A DNA stretch of 64,000 nt from assembly GCF_009914755.1 (NCBI RefSeq), contig NC_060927.1, one strand, 5' to 3'. The DNA is from the human T2T-CHM13v2.0 reference genome, Homo sapiens. Positions within the stretch are counted from its first letter, which is position 1. Each line of letters opens with the position of its first letter. This document shows, in pieces, positions 57,491 to 64,000 of this stretch. The translations under genes were made by a program, and so were the position numbers. Below the pieces are notes generated by a model. The model was given only the letters and a program-made list of their open reading frames with translations. It did not search any database and was not told the DNA's origin.

Positions 57491-59544
57491 TCAAATGAAA
57501 TAGAAATGAAAAGAATCGAGTAAAAATGACAGATTGAATGTATGCATGTACTTTTGCTCTTCTCCAAAATTCCATTAAAGACAACAGTACAGGAACTTTT
57601 TAGGTGCCATAAACCTTGCAGAAGGGCAAAGAGAAAGGGAAAGGAGACATCAGCTGCAAAATGTGGATAACCAGACAGCCGGAAGATGGTAACCTGGCTT
57701 CCCAGAGCTGCTCAATCTTAGACTAGCAGCAGAAACAACTGAGATACAACCTGGGCTTCTCACCAGAAGCCACCAGAGACTCGGCAGTAGAAGAGCCTGG
57801 TACCCCTGGAAGTGAGAGCTGAAGTCACGGCCCAAAGAAAGAGATCGGGTTCAAAGTCTGAGGACCAGAACCTTGACCCCCATCCATGCCACACAGCAAT
57901 TACCTCTGCTCCCCACCAGTAGGAAGCTGAGGCTTATTCACTGGAGGAGGTTCAACAAAGTCCCTGAACTGGGGTACCTCAAGCACAGCTGAGGCAGGGG
58001 AGGTGGCAATCAGATGATGAGTGATGAATGCTGAGATTCTCTCTGCCCCAGGAACTGAGAAGATCCTTCTCTGTATGCTCCCATAGCTCCAGACAAATCA
58101 TGAATGTGCATTCATGAACATTCATGAATAATCATGAATAGGAGAGGGGAGGCACCAGTGAGATGGGGACTTTACAGCAACTTCCTCAAAAGCTAAGTGT
58201 GCCCGACACACACTCAGAGCTTCTGGTCAGCTTGTTAGTGCTCTGGACAACCCAGTGTCTCCAGACCTCCAAGAAATGTCCCAACATGCAAGATAAAGAC
58301 ACATACCCTAAAAGAAAAAGGAAACTCTGAAACAAGAAAGCATCCCCCCCAAAAAAACTATCCAGCACTTTGGGAGGCTAAGGCAAGACAATCACTTGAG
58401 CCTAGGAGTTCAAGACCAGCCCAGACCACAAAGTGAGACTCCATCTTTAAAAAAAAATTAAATTAGCCGAGTGTGGTGGCATGCACCTGTTGGTTCCAGC
58501 TACAGAGAAGGCTAAGGTGGAAGGATCACTTGAGTCCAGGAGATAGAGGCTACAGTGAGCCATGTTCATGCCACTGCACTCCAGACAGAGTGACTAAGCA
58601 GGGCTCTGTCTCAAAAAACAAACAAAAGAAAAAAAAAGAAGAAAAGAAAAAAAAAAAAGATTGATCCCAAGATAGCTAAGAAAAGCCATTACCCTGCAAA
58701 ATAAAAACAGAACAAAATTTTAAAAGCTAAGATTAAGAGATATCTGTAAAAGTGGAAAAATAAAGCCACTTCACAGAATTCATCCATTTGAAAAAACAAA
58801 CAGCAAACAGCTCGGGGAAATTAAACATGTGGTAGTAAAAATGAAAAATTCTATTGCAGGGTTGGAAAATAAAATTGAGGATCTCCCCTATACGAGCAGG
58901 GTCCGGGGTCTGAGAGCTTCTGACTCAAAACAGGAGCCCCAGCCCTCAGCCCAAGCTGGCCACACAGCCTCAGCCAGCCCTAAGGGCCGCAGCAGATCTC
59001 TCTCTACCTAGTCCCTAAGGCCCCAGAAGCTCCACAGCCCATTCCTTCCCTCCTGACCTCTTGCAGGGGCCAGGCAGGCTGCCAGGTGTGACTTTGGAGG
59101 CCACAAATCCCTCACTGCCACAGAGCACTCTAAGAGGCTGAAAAATCCCTTAACACACACAGCCTTTCACTCCTTAGTCAGAGGTGAGGCCGAAGCACAA
59201 GCTCTCTGGGGGAGGAAAACGGTAACTGAAATTCACTCTAAAGAATATGTGGGGCCCAGAGTCTTCCTGGACTCTCCTGTACTCAATCACAACAGAGTAC
59301 GGCTTAGGGGATGGCGTATGGGGACAAAGAGATTGCAAGTTTTGAGGACGCCATCCACCTGGTTCACAATGGAGGTCTCTCCCAGCCTGCTGAATTCTAA
59401 CCATCTTCCCATTCCCTTTACCATACCGGGCACATTAAACACGCTTTACAGGCCAGGTGCAGTGACTCACGCCTGTAATCCCAGCACTTTGGGAGGCCGA
59501 GGCGGGCGGATCACGAGGTCAGGAGATCGAGACCATCCTGGTTA

Positions 59545-59890
<346 letters not shown>

Positions 59891-61164
59891 TTACTGGCCA
59901 ATGGTATTTAATTAACAATCCAGACATGCCTCCCTTCGTGCCCTAGAATAGGCAGCCCGTTACCTACTGATCTCAATGATGGGGATGCAAGGGAAAGAAC
60001 AGTAAAGAGGTTTACAGTAATAACCTCTTGCATTTTTGGAGAACTGTATACTTTACAGAATATTCATGCACTTCATCCTCTCAATAGCACTCAGATAGGG
60101 TCAGGGCAAGCATTAGCAGCATTTTACTGATAAGAATGATAAAAACCCATAAAAGTGATATGCATTTTTATCAAATGATAAAAACCACCTCGGATCACAT
60201 GGCTAATAAAAGACAGCCCCAGGTCACGCAAAATATTTAGTCTCTCCACCGAGTCCTTTTAGTCACAAAATGGCAGGGTAATAGGCTCAAGCTCAGGAAT
60301 TCGAGACCAGCCTGGGCAACCTGGCAAAACCCCGCCTCTAGGAAAAAAATACAAAGCCCGGGCGTGGTGGCTCTTGCCTGTAATCCCAGCACTTTGGGAG
60401 GCAAAGGCGGGCAGATCACCTGAGGTCAGGAGTTCGAGACCAACCTGGCCAACATGGTGAAACCCCGTCTCTACTAAAAATACAAAAATTAGCCAGGCAT
60501 GGTGGCACACACCTGTAGTCCCAGCTCCTCGGGAAACTGAGATCTCGCCACTGCACTCCAGCCTGGGTGACAGAGCAAGACTCTTGAACAAAACAAAACA
60601 AAACAAAAAAGACACAAAATGGCAAGATACAAAGAGATGGACGGAGGGTCCCAGGGAACCCTGTCCCGATGAAATGGGCAATAGCCCAAGTTATTATGGG
60701 ACCTGAGGAAAGAAAGATGGAATTGTCTTTGCCCTGGCCTCAGAATCTCAGGACAGGAAAACCAGATAAAGGATCTGCAGAAATTCCTTTGCTGCCCTTC
60801 GGCACTTCGGCAAGTAAGTAATTGCCCACTGCCAGGGCGTTAGTTGAATGAAAGGCGCCGTCACTTAAATTGATGTTTTTTAAAGACAAAGAATTATGTT
60901 AAGGGTCTAGGGCGGGGAACAGGAGAGGAACGCATCCTGAAAGACTGTGCTGCCCAGGAGAGGGCACGTGCATCCCAGCTGCTCAGCCACAGAGGTATCC
61001 AAGTGGGTCCCATCACTGCTTCCAGGACTGCGCTGCGTTTCACTGAGGAAGGGACAGAAGAACCTCCTCTAAAGGCAAAAGCATTCATTCATTCATCCTT
61101 GGGCTCAGGCGAGCAGCAGTCATCGACCACAGCACTGCATTGGGCGAGAACTGCCTCGACTCAC

Positions 61165-61372
61165 CGTCCAGTGCTCCCCAGAAAGTTCAAACACAAACGC
61201 ACTGCTCCGTTTGCCTCTGTCCTTGGGAAGTGAACTCTGCCTTGTGAGAGTGTTCCTTTCAATCTTGTCCAGAAGCCGCACGCTGGTGTCTATGAAGCCA
61301 TTCTTGCAGTATACAGCCTGGGGGATGCCCTTCCTCCTGCATTCGGCCACAAAGTTCCACTCCTCCTTTATC
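61165..61372 (-). CDS. LRRC2: Leucine-rich repeat-containing protein 2, coding exon ([11 protein letters not shown]...ELSGEHWT)
   Basis: Minus-strand acceptor tgttttag|G and donor ACG|gtgagt; 208 nt; the start-codon exon is outside the window. Confidence 0.93.
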
Positions 61373-62712
61373 CTAAAACAGGCAGCAGGGGTCACAGTTA
61401 CTCTCCTGGGGACTGGCCATCACCTGCCTAGAGAAGTGAGTCAGCCACCTGGGCATAGGTGCTCTCCTTGTCATTCCCAGGCCTACGTAAGCACTCCCTT
61501 CCTCTTTCCTCCCTGCTGTGGGGGTGCAGGGGAAACCCTAAACCCTTTTGTGAATTATTAGTAACTTCAACTTTAAAAGTAGAGAAGATGGGTTAGATGG
61601 AATTTCTGGCTATGCGTTTAATTATAATTTCCTTTGAAATTATATCATGCCAACCTAAGTTTTAAAAAAGTGCAGGGCCACAGGGATTCACTGATCTTTC
61701 AAGGGTATTTGAATAGAAATACAGAGGAGCTTCAGTGTATAAAACACCTGACTTTGGAATGTCACCATCAGCCACCTTGGGGAATTTTATTCCTGTAGAT
61801 GGACCTGAGGTCCACTCAGACACTGGAGCTGGCTGAGGACTCAGCATCCCCACCAAACCTCACCACCCCACGTGTCGCTAATTTTCTGACCTATCTTTTA
61901 GAGCTTTCCACATCCATAGCTTATCCCCCAGCTTGATGCTAAGCTCCATGATGACAGCTAGTGTGTCTCACAGCCCTTCAGATGCCCACACAGCTGTCAG
62001 AACAGGGCTCTGCACCTGGTGGGCCTTTCTTCATTTAGGAATTTGTTTTCTGTTTGAGGCCTTTAACATATTCTATGTGATGCAAAACAAGATGTTTTGT
62101 GGTTTTCCTTCAAAACCATCAAACACAGATGTTGTCTGACTCAAAATAAGGTAGCCCACCTTTGATAGGGGCTTAGATGCATTCCACACTCAGAAAAGCA
62201 TTCCACACCCTACTCAGCCCAACTGGGAACCTGGCGGCAGTCAGGATTCAGGTCTTCTGGGGGCTACTTTAGAAACCAGCTGCAGGTGCAGACTTGGTCT
62301 TCACGTGGCCCAAGGCAGTATATACACTAAATAAGTGTGAGATAAGCCCCATGGTCAAGGAACAATCCTAGTATGGAAACTCTCTGCTGTTATCTGAAGG
62401 AAGGGTGGTTCAGAGTCTCAGTTAGGCTGTAGGGTGGCACTGTGGGGCACAGGCAAGCCTGCCATTGGAGTGGTTAGGAGGGGTCTGAAGGTTTACTGCA
62501 CCTGGGACAAGACCAGCTTCTAGGACTGGGCATGCGGGAAGTCCCAGTCTGGACCACCAGGCACTGTCAAGTGTAAGGAGAAATTTCAGATTTTGAAAGA
62601 AGCAAAACACAGATGGATAGCCTTTTCCCGGAATGCCGGAGCCTCCAGGGGATTCTCTGATTCTATAGGTATGTACCTTTGACTTTGACTAAGCTATTTT
62701 ATAACTCTGTAG

Positions 62713-63060
<348 letters not shown>

Positions 63061-63681
63061 TAACCTTGCACACTGGTCTGGCTTTGAAAGGAAAACATAT
63101 TCATGGATCCCATTGTAATCACCTCCTGGCATCCATCCTTAACTCCCTTGCCCCTCTCTTGGTGTCAGTGGCATTTGCATTTGCTGTTATGCCTGCCTGC
63201 AACCCTTGTTCTTAGATTTCTGCAGGGCTGGCTCCCCAGGTCTACATGCAAATGTCACCTTCTTAATCAGATGTTTTGCTTTTAAGAAACCATTTCAGAT
63301 ATTGCTGGAGTTTCATGCTTGCCATTCAACTGAGGGAAGCTGGAACATTTGAAGAAAAACATTTTGCTGACAGCACTGGCTGGCACAGCTCTATAGGTCT
63401 CAGTCCCAGTGAGCTGCGCTGGGGAAAACCACCCAGCAATCCATGAGTCAGGGCTTCAGGATCTACATATGAAGTCTATAAGTAATATAACAAAAGTGAT
63501 AAATTTAAAAATATTGCCAGGTGCAGTGGTTCAGGCAGGAGGAACACTTGAGGCCAAGAGTTTGAGACCAGCCTGGGAAACAAAGTGAGACCCCTGTCTC
63601 TACAAAAAATACAAGAAAAAAAAAAGAAAGCGGGGCTGGTGGCACATGCTTGTAGTCCCAGCTACTCAGGAGGCTGAGCTA

Positions 63682-63780
<99 letters not shown>

Positions 63781-64000
63781 TTACAAGAAAAAAAAATATA
63801 TATATATAACATATGTGTGTGTGTATGTGTGTGTGTGTGTGTGTGTGTCAGCACATGAAGGGATATGAATTTAAAAGCAGAAGAAAGTGCTGAAAGAGAA
63901 GTGGGCTCCTCTGGGAGAAGTTGTAGTGGCTTGGAATTGTTGCTTTTCCTTATTAGCTTTTCTGTGTGATTTAGTTTTATAACCATATGATAAAAATGAA

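Noticed and set aside
58098-58140. Repeated TCATGAA with a 9 bp-arm palindrome
   Set aside because: Short AT-rich slippage inside old L1-like sequence.

Overview
Human genomic DNA (an AluYb8 and a young SVA are present) from the RTP3-LRRC2 locus, which by known gene order lies next to LTF on 3p21.31. It contains the complete two-exon RTP3 CDS on + (14173-14327 joined to 16466-17009, 232 aa). It also contains the last seven coding exons and a ~3.6 kb 3' UTR of LRRC2 on -; the start-codon exon lies beyond the right edge. The rest is transposon-dense (Alu, L1, L2, MaLR/ERV LTRs, hAT and Tigger elements). The most notable structures are: (i) a full-length SVA whose target-site duplication also encloses a ~360 bp composite 5' transduction, inside a four-layer transposon nest 2.3 kb upstream of RTP3; (ii) a template-switch scar made of a 42 bp perfect palindrome plus a 55 bp copy of sequence 623 bp upstream; (iii) a ~134 nt hairpin with a 33 bp perfect stem in non-repeat DNA; (iv) an RTP3 stop codon that appears to come from an L1; (v) a tandemly doubled 14 nt micro-L1 insertion; (vi) a weak candidate decayed exon split by an LTR. 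Repeat subfamily names come from recalled consensus sequences, and repeat boundaries are approximate unless a TSD is given. No new protein-coding system could be supported.
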